Origin: Marsupella aquatica
Taxonomy: Eukaryota > Plantae > Marchantiophyta
Length of the DNA: 64,000 nt
NCBI GenBank assembly: GCA_973895155.1
Contig: OZ316892.1
Coordinates: forward strand, 18,342,357 to 18,406,356
Direction of reading: 5' to 3'
Made by a program: the position numbers and the translations under genes. This document shows, in pieces, positions 51,806 to 64,000 of this stretch. The first letter of the stretch is position 1; each line of letters begins with the position of its first letter. The notes below the pieces were generated by a model. The model was given only the letters and a program-made list of their open reading frames with translations. It did not search any database and was not told the origin of the DNA.

Positions 51806-53119
51806 CTATTGTTGACGTCGTCGATGGTGCCGAATGGATCGTTGCAAATTTTGCTCATATATTGATGGTTGGTTGGCTGCCGCATATTGTTTCCACTTAT
51901 CGAGTTGACCACTGAATAACAACCTATCAAATTCCCCATCTGACAAATTATATTCATTGATTGTGAAATATTCAATGGGAGTTTCATCTATTTGCATCGC
52001 TGGTATAGTGTCTTCAGTAATTTCTTCAGTGTTTTGTTGAGTCTCCATTGATGGCATTTGCTTCAACAATCCTCGTTGTTCATACTCACGTTCATGAAAT
52101 GGTGTGCGACACCAATATTTTTGGCTTTTCTTGAACAACCATTTAGACAAGCAAGCATGATGCCATATATGACCGCAGGTTCCAAACATGGAAACAGATT
52201 CAGGGCTCCAAGGATATAGGCACCAAGTACACTTGTCGTCCTTTTCACAAACAAATGCAATCATAGTTTCATCATTTTTCCACTTATCAAAAAACCTCTC
52301 AATACCTTCCGCGTCAACCTCCACATCTGGAAAAAGGTTGTTGTGCCCTATAGGATCTATGATTTGCATGTTAACAAAATTTGGCGACGACAATTCTCCT
52401 TCCCCTTTGTTTGACCCCATCCCCAAAGCACCATTGTTAAATTCTTGCACCTCTTCGTGAAGATTTGATATGATGACTGCTTGCATTGCAAGTTCACTTT
52501 TAAGATCATTAATGATCTTGTCCTTCTCCTCAAGCCGTGCCAAATCATTGCATTGACGTTCTTTTTCAACAAGTTGTTTTGTCAATTTATTGATGTCTTC
52601 CATCTTGTCAAATAATTGACACTTGTACATCACTTCAGAATTAATCGTCGGCTCGTTCTACTTCTTCTCAAGTGATCTCATCTTTAAATCAACTTGTTGC
52701 AATTGTGACTTAAACTTTTCGATGCTGCCACATTCACATAGCTCCACTACATACTTCGTGCGAAGATTTGTCTCAATCACCTCAACAACATCTGCCCCCA
52801 AGCTCTTGCATATGTTGTGCAGGTTAAACTTATCCTTGTTAGCATCAATAACATTGTTGTTCTTTGCATGTGGAGTTCTACTCCCAACACCTACAAGGAT
52901 TGGTTTTTTGGTGTGCGTGGACTCCACATTGGTTGGTGGTGCTGCACGGTCAGGCATGGAGACTTGAGGAAGTACAACCGCTTTCCCCTTCTCAAGTGCA
53001 TATCCCTCCCCAGTCTCATCTAGCTTTCTTTTGGATCCCTTGTTGGAAGTCTCCATGGAAGGGTCCTTTGCAATAGTTGTATTCCTGTTCGTTGCAATCA
53101 CAACCACTGATGGATGCAC
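51806..53119 (-). pseudogene. Coiled-coil plus RING-H2-like protein (probable E3 ligase), interrupted
   Basis: ORF 52658-53119 and ORF 51806-52633 are in the same frame, separated by one TAG. A coiled coil (DINKLTKQLVEKERQCNDL..KIINDLKSEL) is followed by CTWCLYPW..FGTCGHIWHHACLSKWL..WCRTPF, a RING-H2 pattern with one Cys apparently lost. Confidence 0.65.
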
Positions 53120-53141
53120 CTAATGATTCAGCTTGCCAGCA

Positions 53142-53720
53142 CTATTTTCCCAATGGTAATCCACCCTTCCACTTGAGAATAAATTCAGCAATCAGACATT
53201 GGATAAAAGGAGGATAAACGCAACTCATTTTTGTTTGGGCTTTGTGTGGAGCAAACTCTCGATATCGTTGCTCCCAATGTGATTTAACACCTGCATGTGT
53301 TACTTTGGACATGGTGAATTTTTCTTGCGCCCATGATCTTGTTGTCCAAAGATCCGGATCGTGAAAAACTTTTTGTGCTAATGGCCAAAAGTCTTTCTTT
53401 GGCATCAACATCTCCAATTCCTTTGCATTCATAGGCCATTCGTCATGGGGAGGATTTACATTGGGCGTTAATATACTCCATTCATCCTTCATACCCTCAT
53501 CTTCCCATCTTCCCATCTTCTTGTGTTTGGCGCCGATGTTCCATCAACCTTGGGTTTAGCCTCATAGTGAATGCCAATGGTTGTAAGATTACCCAACACA
53601 GTATTACGAAGAGCTTCATCATCACAATCCTTGACCATCTTGCATGGTAGGATGTTGTGTCGTGAACTCTTTGTCTTCATCATCAGAAGACAATTCCCAT
53701 CATACCATGTTTGCGATGTG
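53142..53720 (-). pseudogene. Unknown protein fragments of the same cassette (frameshifted)
   Basis: Overlapping ORFs 53489-53839 and 53142-53516 have protein-like composition (DFWPLAQKVFHDPDLW...YPPFIQCLIAEFILKW). No family recognised. Confidence 0.4.
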
Positions 53721-53888
53721 TACAAAAGGTCTGTGATATTTGACAATGTACAAACACATTTAGCACAATTTTGGGCATTCACGACAAAGTTTAATAGAAT
53801 ATTATGAACAAAATGTAGAACACTGTAATTGACATACAATGAATAAACATATAATCGTCAAGGTGACCTTTACAAAACTGTGTAAACC

Positions 53889-54356
53889 CTAATCTCTAAG
53901 ATATGGACTGTTGTGCAAATGCAATGTGCAATCTGGAAACGTTTGAACTATCTTCAAACTCCAAAAAGCACAATCCATTCTTTTCTTTGCATCAGTGGCC
54001 ATCATTTCACGAATTATGACATCCAATTTGGGGCCATGCACTTGTGCACTCCAACCCCTCCCCCAAAACTGTGAACCCTTAGACATTTCATCCCAATTCT
54101 CTGTCAACAATGTCTCAAAAATATTCCCCAAAGCATATATATTGGTACTTTCGCTAAACTCGACAGGGGTAGGTTGAACAAGCTCCGGAGCCAACTGTGG
54201 AAATTGTTTTTGGTATGCTGCTGCTTTTTCTGTTGCTGTGGACCACATCCGATTAGCTGGTAATTTGCACTGTGATTTATGCTTAGACAAGCCCAAATCA
54301 CATAAACCAACATACACCTTAATAGCCACATCGTGCTTGTGATCGAAATGAAGAAG
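53889..54356 (-). pseudogene. Protein kinase C-lobe fragment
   Basis: LLHF...VGLCDLGLSK (DFG-equivalent), QLAPELV (APE), FSESTNIYALG (subdomain IX, D>N) and IIREMMATDAKKR (XI). It is cut immediately downstream of the catalytic loop by the insertion at 54357. Confidence 0.8.
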
Positions 54357-57320
54357 TGTCAAACACTTGTCAAGGAGCTTAAGCGGCTTTTCTCCCCAAA
54401 AGACTACCTAATACCTGCTCCATATCATACCAGGGTCACAAATGATTGACAAAACTTTTGAAATGTGCCTACAATGTCTAATCACTCCATACATAAGTAG
54501 TTTCAACTCTCCACTTCTAGAGAGGTAGCTCCCTTGACTACTTTTGTACTCACACCCTTCCCCTCTCCTCTACTCCAAGGATCAGCAAGGGGGATCTTCG
54601 CTCCAAGCTGTCACCTTAGAGTAGATTCTCACACAAACACCCAAGAAACCAAAGTACTTTCCTCTTCTAGCTAAGTCTCCTCAAGACCCTCAAAGTAGTG
54701 TTACCCCTCAACCTTGCCCCCTGGCCTTGGTTTGGGTCCACACATCCCCTTTGAGCTCTAGAGAAGGCTCCTCTATCTAAGGACTCTTCCTCTTGTTCTT
54801 ACTTCTTGTTAACACCACACACCAAACAAAGTACTTTCCACCCTCAAGCTATAATCCTCTCTAAGTCTCAAAGTAGTGCTATACCTTAACCTTGCCTTTT
54901 TGGCCTTGGTTTTGTACTAGCACATCCCCTTCAAGCTTAGACCAAGATTACATCATAGCATGGACTCTTCTCTTGCTCTCATATACTTCAAATGCACTCA
55001 CACTTAATGGTCACAATGAAGATTGGCAAGTCTCCTTTTATTGCATCACCTTTACAACAAAAGTTCACTACACATTCTCCACACTAAGCATGGACCACCT
55101 CTCCCTTCTCAAACTTAGCCCTACCTTGACAAGGTAGAGATTCCACTTAAGAGATGAGACTCCCGGTCCCTAACAAAGGAAAACTTTCTCCTTATATACT
55201 ATTCTCCTTCCACACCACACCAAGCTTAACCTGGGGTCCAACTACTCCTCCCCCAAGTCCTCCTAACACACAAAGTCCAACAATATAGTTTGTAGCTCAC
55301 TCTACAACCTATTGCTTGACTCCTTCCAAGCCCTGGAATATGCCACACATGAGTTGCATGCTTTGACCTCCAAACTTGCTCTCACTTATGGTCCTCCTCA
55401 CCAGCTTCCTAACCCACTTGAAAGCTCGCAAAAAGAGTGAGTGAGTCTCAAGTTGTGTCATGTAAAGTTGGCTCCTTATTTACTAGTCCTTACTTACTAC
55501 CCCGACCTATCAACTTACTTTCCTTACCCTAACGGCCTTGCACCTTTACCCTGAGGTACTCTCTTCTCCATGTATCCTAACTTGGGTGACACGGGTGCAA
55601 GAAGTGTCGGCCTAAAAACCTGGTCTTACTTTCCCCATGCCAACTCCCGTTTGCAAGCTATGGGACCCCCTCGTGACCTCCGCTAAAAATTTATTTGAGT
55701 GATTATTTTTCTGGGTTTCCACCTTCACCAAGGAGTGTCTTACCTTCCCCTAACTCAGCACAAAAAAATTTGGGCCCCAACGGATACCCCTAGCCAAAGT
55801 TATGCCCATTCTCTCAATGCCTGTTTTTGGTGTAAAGCGGGTGTAAGCGGCGACCCGATTACACTTGAACCTTACACGCCCCTTATGGGGATTTCACATG
55901 TCATGAGGGGAGAGTACTCTCATTATACTCACGTTTCTTATGAAGAAGATTGATAAGGACACCAATTTTTGCAGCATTTTCCTCTCTCTTAAATTCAATC
56001 TGAAACGACAACATTCTCTATTGGATCGAATGACAACAGGTTAATTGATAGCTCAGCCAGGTCTACAGCACCCTTCTCAGTCCACCTCCATAGCCATCCA
56101 ACCTTGCAAGTGATTCAAAATCGCAGCAGAATTTTGTAGCAGCCATAGCCCACCAATTCGCAACTTGCAGCACAACAGCATAGCAGCAGATTTGAAGCAT
56201 AGCAACTGATTCAAAGCACAGCAGCAGTAGCCATAGCTTGATTCCTTCTCAACAACTAGCTCTATTCCAATCACTTAGCCAAGCAGGTCTCTCTTCTCAA
56301 TTTCGTACCTGCCCACCTCTGCAATTTTGCAGCTAGCAGCAACATCCATCAATTCAGCAGCATCAAGGCAATAGCCAGCCAATTCTCGTGAGTATCTCAT
56401 GCCTGATTAATAGCAGCACCTCTAATCTATTGTGCCGCTGCCATAGCAGCAAGCAACCTTCCCAATTCAAAGCCAGCCTTCCTATTCCAATCAGCAGCCA
56501 TAGCTCACAATTCAATTTCACAGTAGTAGCTGGGTCAAGTCCTTTTCAACAGCAGCTAGCTCAATTCAATCCCACACCTGCCTATTCAGATCAAGAGTGG
56601 CCTATTTTGATGAGCACGAGCCCTTCAATTAGCCCACCTCGTGCATTCCTGCCCATGTCGTGCTTGCCTGACCTTGTGCTAGTCTGGTCGCAGCCGCTTT
56701 GACGCGTTTTGACACTTAGAAAAATTTCGTTTTCTTTTTCCTCTCAGGAGAAACAGTTATACTGGCCCCTCTTGAAGGCCATTCCATAATTCACTCAAAT
56801 GTCCAAACGTACTTCTGAGCACATTTTTGGAATCCTTGGACATAGGACTCACTTCTAAATTTATCAAACTCTCTAAACACTCCATAACGACTTTTCATTT
56901 CTGAGACAATCCAGGGATATTATGATCTATACTAAATTCAATTCTAACCTCGAACCACAAAATTTACCCCTTGGCTATTTTCTCCGGGGCCTGCTAGTTG
57001 GTTATTTTAATTTCTGTCAAAATACTCACAACTCCTAGGTTGAGACCCCACTTGACTTCATACTTTTTCAGGGTTCTCTAGGGACCTCCCAGCACCCATA
57101 GGAGAAATATCAGCCAAAAATAAAATGTCAGGTGTCGGGTCATTTTCCGGTCCTGACTTAATCACCTATCCTAACTAAGGGTGGAACATTTGCTGCCTAC
57201 CAAAATCACATTACTTATCCCTTTACATTTGTTTAGAACAACACATTTTCTCCCTTCCATGATTTCCTACTAGCCTACCCTAGTGACTTAGGGTTGCAAA
57301 CCCTAAGTACTTTGCTAACA
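54357..57320 (-). mobile_element. ~3-kb solo-LTR-like insertion
   Basis: TG...CA termini (TGTCAAACAC at 54357; ...GCTAACA at 57320), an abrupt switch to C/T-rich non-coding sequence, TATA-like GTATATAAGGAG on the minus strand at ~55189-55199, and internal duplications (54650-54760 vs 54830-54940). The flanks do not form a TSD. Confidence 0.6.
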
Positions 57321-58089
57321 CTACAACAACTTTCTTACTATTCCTTGTACAAACAACAAAAAAATTGACGTGTGTTGTGCACTTGCTCAGGTTTAAGAAA
57401 ATGGATACTCCTAACCTCTGAAACTACACGCGATGGACGTATTTTTTCTCCAGCACTTTTGATGCTGACATCCCCAAAGGGCACAATCTCGTTAGCATAT
57501 TTGACATTGCTATCAGATTTTGCCATTGCCAACTCTTTACTCCACTTCACTAGCAATGCTCTCTTGTGTGTGTACATCTCGGGGTTTCCAAGCAATGTAG
57601 TGTCACCTTCCTCCACTTTGGCTGCCAAATTATCCCAAACATGCTTCTCCAAGTTGAATGCCAAATTTTCCAAAAATTCTCCTGGTTTCTCAGTTTCATC
57701 TTCAAATGACTTCATTTGCTCTCGTGTGAAATTGTCCTCTTTCTGTACGTTTTCCCGTATACAACGGGTTATCTCACCAATAAAGTTCTTGTATCCTTTT
57801 TGTCTATGTCTTGTGAGCTCCCTCTCGAACCCGTCCACCCCATACTGTTTCGGTTGAGTGTAGCAATAAAGTATCTATTTCCATATTGACACTACCACAT
57901 TGTGTTGAACCTGTTTTGCCTCTTCGTTTGCCCCCTTTCATTTTCGTTTCCCGGCCACTTTGCTAGAATTCCTAGCATGTTCGAGAGTATTTCGAGCGTT
58001 CTTGAATGTGTCTAGAGCAACAAGATTCGGCTCATATCCCTCAATCACATGTTTTGTGATCGTCTCCAACACTTGCCTATACTCTAAAC
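57321..58089 (-). pseudogene. Charged helical N-terminal part of a gene, probably upstream of the kinase domain
   Basis: Acceptor TTTTAG at ~58090, then the frame LEYRQVLETITKHVIEG...KRK*KGA...IWK*ILYCYTQPKQYGVDGFERELTRH... continues into ORF 57338-57838. It contains two in-frame stops. Confidence 0.55.
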
Positions 58090-58999
58090 TAAAATTATCG
58101 ATGATCATGTTTTCTCTTCACAAAAGGAATATGTGAGGGAGGAACAAAACCGACCGGGATTTAAATAAAATTCTTCCAATAAGGTTTCAACGACCAGCCT
58201 GAAAATTACAAGTCGTATTGTTATTATCTCTTCTTGGTTTGTTTTTCCCTGCATTATGTATTTTATTGCACACATGGTTTTAATTACCTTTAAATTTAAC
58301 AACAATAAAAGAGAAAGATCATAGTTGTGAAATATCGCAGACCAAGCGGACGCTCAAAGCATGCGCATAAAAGTGTTATTTTCTTTCAAAGTTGTTATAT
58401 TCCTGCTTTGACATATGTGATTTGGTGTCTATAATTTAACACTCATTTGTAATTCAAGTAAAAACATTCTCGACGAATCGTAGTATCCATGCAAAGTATC
58501 GCAGACTGAGCATGCGTACATGGATTCTCCTATGTTTTATTTAATAAATAAAGGAGACTAAATTGTTAAGGTGATATTAAGAAATTCTTGTATGGAGTAT
58601 CACAAACCAAACCGAGGCTCAAAGTGTGCGTGTACAAGTATTTCTTTATATCCCTCCATTTGGCTCTAAGGTTAGGGTTTAAAACACAAAGAAAACTTCA
58701 AAAACCACAAAACAAAACAAAAACAAACAAACCAAAAACCAAAACCGAAACCAAACACTTACCTCATCCTCCTCCTCTCCTCCTCTTCTGCAAAACCAAA
58801 AACGAGGATGGGGAGGAGGGATCTCCTCCTTTTATCCTCTCCCGAGCACCCTCCCGAGCCTTTCCTGGCTGACCTCACCCTCCAACCCTAAATCGCAAAA
58901 CCCTAATCCTCTGAGACTCCCATCTCGAACCCCGAACCTCGAACCGGACCCCAAACCCCAAACCGGACTATAATTTTGACCCCAAACTAGAATATTTCG

Positions 59000-61900
59000 T
59001 TTCATCCAATCTTGATACAATGATTTCATCACCATCCATCCAAATCTTCAATTGTCGATCTCTAGATTATAATTCAATTTATCTACTGTCTTTTCAAATC
59101 TTTCTTAATCAAATAACTTAAAAAAATTTACGAACAAAATTGGAAAATTTCTTGATAAAATCTATAAACTTTATACAAGATTTTCCAAATTTCTAGTAAC
59201 AATCTTTTATGTTTTTTAGATATATGTTTAGATTAATTAATTTAAAATTTTTGTATCCGATCTAATAAGCCTCTCCCAATATATAATAAATTATAGCAAT
59301 TCATTATTACATGATTGATGTAATTTCATTTTTTTCATCAAACCAAACAATTCAACTTTCATCATTTTTTAAAATATAAAAATTTTAAAAAAAATACAAA
59401 TCTTAAATTGGGAAATGAAAAATTCTTTTAAGTTTTTTTTGGATAATATTTATATTTCATATATGAAAAGATAATATTCACCCAACAACCACTTATATTA
59501 AAAAATTATTTACAATTTTTTAATTTTTTTAGTAAACTTTATGATTTAATATAAATAAAGAAATATTCCAAATAACTAATTAAAAAATATATTTATCAAT
59601 TTGATTTCCTATAAAAAAATAAATTTCATTTTAATTAAGTTTATAGTATAAGTTTTGGTAAAAATAATAAATATAAATTTAATGATAATTATCAAATATG
59701 CTAAAAATTTTGGACATAAAACATAGTCATAGAATATAAATTGTATCGACCATTAAATAATGAAATTTCAACCATAGTTATATTAAAAATCATGTCCCCA
59801 AGTCAGTCAATTTTTATTAAACCTTAAATCTTAAATTTGACAATGAATTAGTCTAACAAAATATTTTTTGAATATAAATAAATTTAAAATATTTTTAATC
59901 GCAAAATACATTAGTAATGAACAAAATTTTTATATTTTAAATTAATTTTTAGTTCATCTACATTGAATAACTAATAAAAATATTTAAAATTTCAATAATT
60001 TATCAAACTACATACATTAAAAAAACTATCACATATAAAAATTTTAAATTAAATGAATTTTTGTCATACTGATTAACAAATTATATTGGATGATAAAATA
60101 ATCATAAAACCAACATGAATTCACCATATAAAATGAAAATCATAAAAAAATTTCATATATTAATACAATTTAATATGCTTATAATAGATGGTATGATCCA
60201 ATACACAAATTTAATAATATAAAACTTGACTTTAGAAATCAAATTAAAATATATTCATAAAATTAATTTATAATAAATAAAACTTAATTAATTTGTAAAC
60301 AAACAAACTGAAATAACACAACCAAATCCAATGAGATAAATTTAGAAAACTTTTTTTCACTTACAAATCTTTCTCCATTGAAGATTGTGAATTTTTTTAG
60401 GAAATTCATTAAATTTTTGTTAAATTTTTTAACGAAACGTAACAAATTTATACAAAGTTTGGGGGGAAATTCGATTCAAAATCAAAATTAAAAATATAAA
60501 AAATCACAAGATATAACATTGATAATATTTGACCAAAGAACATTTATAATTTGTTCATAATTTGGCCTTTATAATACATAAAAATATATCTATTGAAATC
60601 AAAAATCAAATTAGAAAGATAAAAATATTTTTTAAAGGTCCATTGAATTTTCATTTTTGAAAAATTTAGAGATAGGTTTCACAAATTAAATTTAGATAAT
60701 ATAAAAATAAAATAAATCAAGTCATAAAAATATTTTTAAGTATAGTTTTATTATATTTAATATTATTGAATATTTAGATTTATATATTTCAATATCTTTA
60801 CTTTGTGTATGTAATTTTAGGATGGTAAATGAATCATTATTCAAAAGATATGTCAAATTAAAAATCTTGAAAATACAAAAAATATTTAAAAAATTTATAA
60901 CAAAGTTTATTTACACAACCCATAATGAAAAAACAACACTAGAGAAATTTGAAATTGTAGATGTAGATGATGTCACATGTCGATTGGTGACATGAGTTTG
61001 AAAAATTCTATTTAATGAAAGTGCAATAAATTGTGTTGATCAATCATTAATTAATAATTTTATTCAAAACTAATCATGCAATTCAACCTTGAATCATAAT
61101 TAAAACATTTATATAATAAAATAATTATGTATATTTTTCACATAAGGATATATCATCATTATCTTAATTTCAAAAATAGTTTACAAAAATTTCTAAAAAA
61201 GATGTGAGTCATATATAATAATGTAAATTTTTCTTAATATTATTCAATTGTAATGTTCCAGACTATTTCAGTGGTTTACACTATTTTTTTAATTTTTTTA
61301 ATATTATTGATTTTAACTAGAATTTTACTTGTCATATTCTATCAAGTTCAACTTATTAGTCAGCTCATGTTTATGTCAATCACAATGCTCATAATTACTC
61401 ATGTCATGCATAAATATTCTTTATGTAAACTTATTTACATATAAGTGTAACAAGGAAAATTAAAACAATTCATTTATATAATAGATTTTTGAATTATTTA
61501 ACCAACATGGTATGTATAAATATATCTAGTGAAAATATGCACTTTGTTGTTATATAATATTTCTATGATATTATTTTCTTTATATTTACAGGTAAATAAC
61601 TATGGCCCCAACATTATTAACAACGGATTGGACGTGCAAACGGATGAAAGGTGAAAAAAATTTATTCTCAATTAAGTTTTATAATAGATTTATAAATAAT
61701 AACTACCAAATTTATCAAGAAAACCAATTATAACCAATTGAGGGCTTTTTAAATTCAAATCTGAATAGTTTGGTTGAAAAGGGTATGAAATACACACTCC
61801 ATACATAAATAAATTATTAGTTTACATGGTTAATTTTAATTTGATCACGTATATATAGGCTCACAATTAAAAGCCTTAATATTTATATCATTATGGAATT

Positions 61901-63200
61901 CCTCGTCGCAATTCCAAATTGACAATAGCCAAAGTACTTTGTAGGTTTAGAATTGTTTGGGTGATCATAAATGATTGATACAACAAATGAGTAGACATAG
62001 ATGATGATGTTTTAAAAATTCAACCATACAAGAAAAAAATATTTGATTAAAAACATGTACTTAATATTCTATTTGTTTTTATGAAGATTCAATAAACTAA
62101 TATGTATAGTCAAGCAAATGTTCATCACATCAACATACTCTAAATAGCTGTTAAATTTTGATAACTAATTCATTGCTTGTTTCTGATGTAAAAATTTTGA
62201 TTATGTTCATTTAAGATTCTTGGAAGAAGTTTACAAGCGTTGAAGACCTTTATAAATGATAAAAATATTGGATTATAATTTATCCAAGAAACAAATATAT
62301 TTCATAACAGTAAACTTTTAAGAATAGCAAGGAAAATTTGTATGGTCTCTTGAAAATACTAAGGGGTTCTTGGGAGGGGTTGTACGCACATATACCCTTC
62401 ACTTTACAAAGGTTGGGGCCCAGGGGTAACTAATGAACTAATATTTTTTAACATATTTGGTTTCATAGTTATTCATTAATGTTCCAGAAACATCGAAAGA
62501 GTCTCATTGATAGCATGGAGGATATAATACCTTAAATATATTATAAAGTTGTAACATAACCCAAACTGATCAACTAAAGCATTTCTTAAAATAATTACAA
62601 AATTATATGTAGATATCATAATGAGACTCTATTTGGAATTTGCAGCATGGTTAGTGCATTACTTCATGATGAAAGTTTCTCACTGGCAAAAATTGTGATG
62701 TCACTTCTTTTCATTAATGAAACAAAAAAAAACTTGTGTTGACAAATACATTTAAAGATGTCCTGGTGAAAGTCATGCAAACATTTTTCAGTGTGCAACA
62801 AAGAATTACAAGTAAAGAGTTTTTGTCAATGGTCAGATATTCAATATCAATATCTGACCAACATTGAATATTTTATTTCAATAAATAATTGGTCAATATT
62901 TTCTGGTGTTGAGAGCTATAGATTATATACACTGTTCATCATAATTAATGCGACTAACACTAATTCAAAAACACTCATTTTCATAATCTACTTACAAATT
63001 AATCTTAGTCACACTAATTTTATGCTAACAGCATTTTTATACACATGAATTAGTGTTAGTTACACTAATTTTGTGCTAGCATCATCTTGTGCACATGAAT
63101 TAATATTATTGTAGTCTTAAGAGTGAAAAAATAAGAATTTATTTTTTTTAAATCCACAATAAATTAGTGTTACTTTAGACTCAAGATCGTCCATTTTTTA
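59000..63200. other. Extremely AT-rich, CpG-poor decayed sequence
   Basis: A/T dominance is visible by eye, with almost no ORFs and a few exon-like islands (e.g. 61592-61650 bounded by AG/GT). Confidence 0.7.
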
Positions 63201-64000
63201 CAAGCTTTCTATTTTTATGCAGTGCAAGAATCCACTCTAATTGAGATCAAGAAGAAGGTGTTTGTCCGTTGTGATCAAGGCCCACATCTCAATCATGTAC
63301 AAGTCAAATTCATTGGGAAGAGTAAATTCATCAATGGAGGAGTTGAACCCCACATATAGACTTGCCCATGTTTGAAACTCATAGGTATAGAGTAACAACA
63401 TTCTACTTTGATGACTAACCTAATCCTTCAGCTTGGTTTTTTCTCTCCTTGAAACTTGAAAGTATTGGCTAAATAAAGCAAAAATATTCCTCCCCTTGTC
63501 TACGAGCCAACAAAAAGTATAGTTGGACAATTGGACATTTTTGGTTGGTTTGTAGATAAGGAAAGAAATTTTCACTTTACTTTGTGGCATGTGCACTGGG
63601 TAATTTTCTAGTATAGTGTAGTGTAAAGCCTAATATTAGTCCATATATTGAATAGGTGCAATTGTAATTGAATGTAGCGCCCGGCTAACATAGACACCAG
63701 GTGCACTCGATCATGGGTACTCCATAGTCACAATTGCAAGAACTATACATGTGCACTTGATGTTTGAATATTGTATACGCGATACTTTATAAAGACACAA
63801 GGGGTTTTACAATGAATTTCCAAAGTACTTATAAATGACTCAAGGTTATTTTTAATATACTGAAAATTATTCATTATATTTTTCAAGGGTCTTTTAAATT
63901 CTCCACATGAAAATTAATAAGGGGTATGTAACATCAAAATGTTCACAAGGGTATTAGGAGTTTTAGCCTAAGTGATTCCCCAGGGATCATACAAAATAAG

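Noticed and set aside
63340-63390. FKHGQVY resembling the PIF1/Helitron helicase motif FSHGQLYVALSR
   Set aside because: The match does not extend and no other helicase motifs were seen nearby.

Overview
Eukaryotic nuclear DNA from a land plant: genes have GT-AG introns and include nuclear-encoded plastid proteins. Gene content suggests a bryophyte such as a liverwort, but this is inference. The left part (1-34 kb) is gene-rich: 3' end of a GH5 endoglycoceramidase-like gene, SEP1 (LHC-like), a membrane-anchored alpha/beta-hydrolase lacking the catalytic Ser and carrying a 33-aa repeat tail, a GT92/GALS-like glycosyltransferase, plastid RPL19, a COMT-type O-methyltransferase, and an unknown 277-aa ORF. 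The right part (35-64 kb) is a decayed transposon block. It holds a ~205-bp satellite array, two copies of a MITE with CTCGGGGG TIRs and 8-bp TSDs, an intron-containing IS3/IS481-like (IS3EU-type) integrase pseudogene, and a hAT transposase pseudogene. The hAT gene converges on a minus-strand cassette (kinase, coiled-coil/RING, unknown ORFs) that is split by a ~3-kb solo-LTR-like segment, and a very AT-rich tail follows. Exon boundaries were read by eye from splice sites and frame continuity; no database searches were run.
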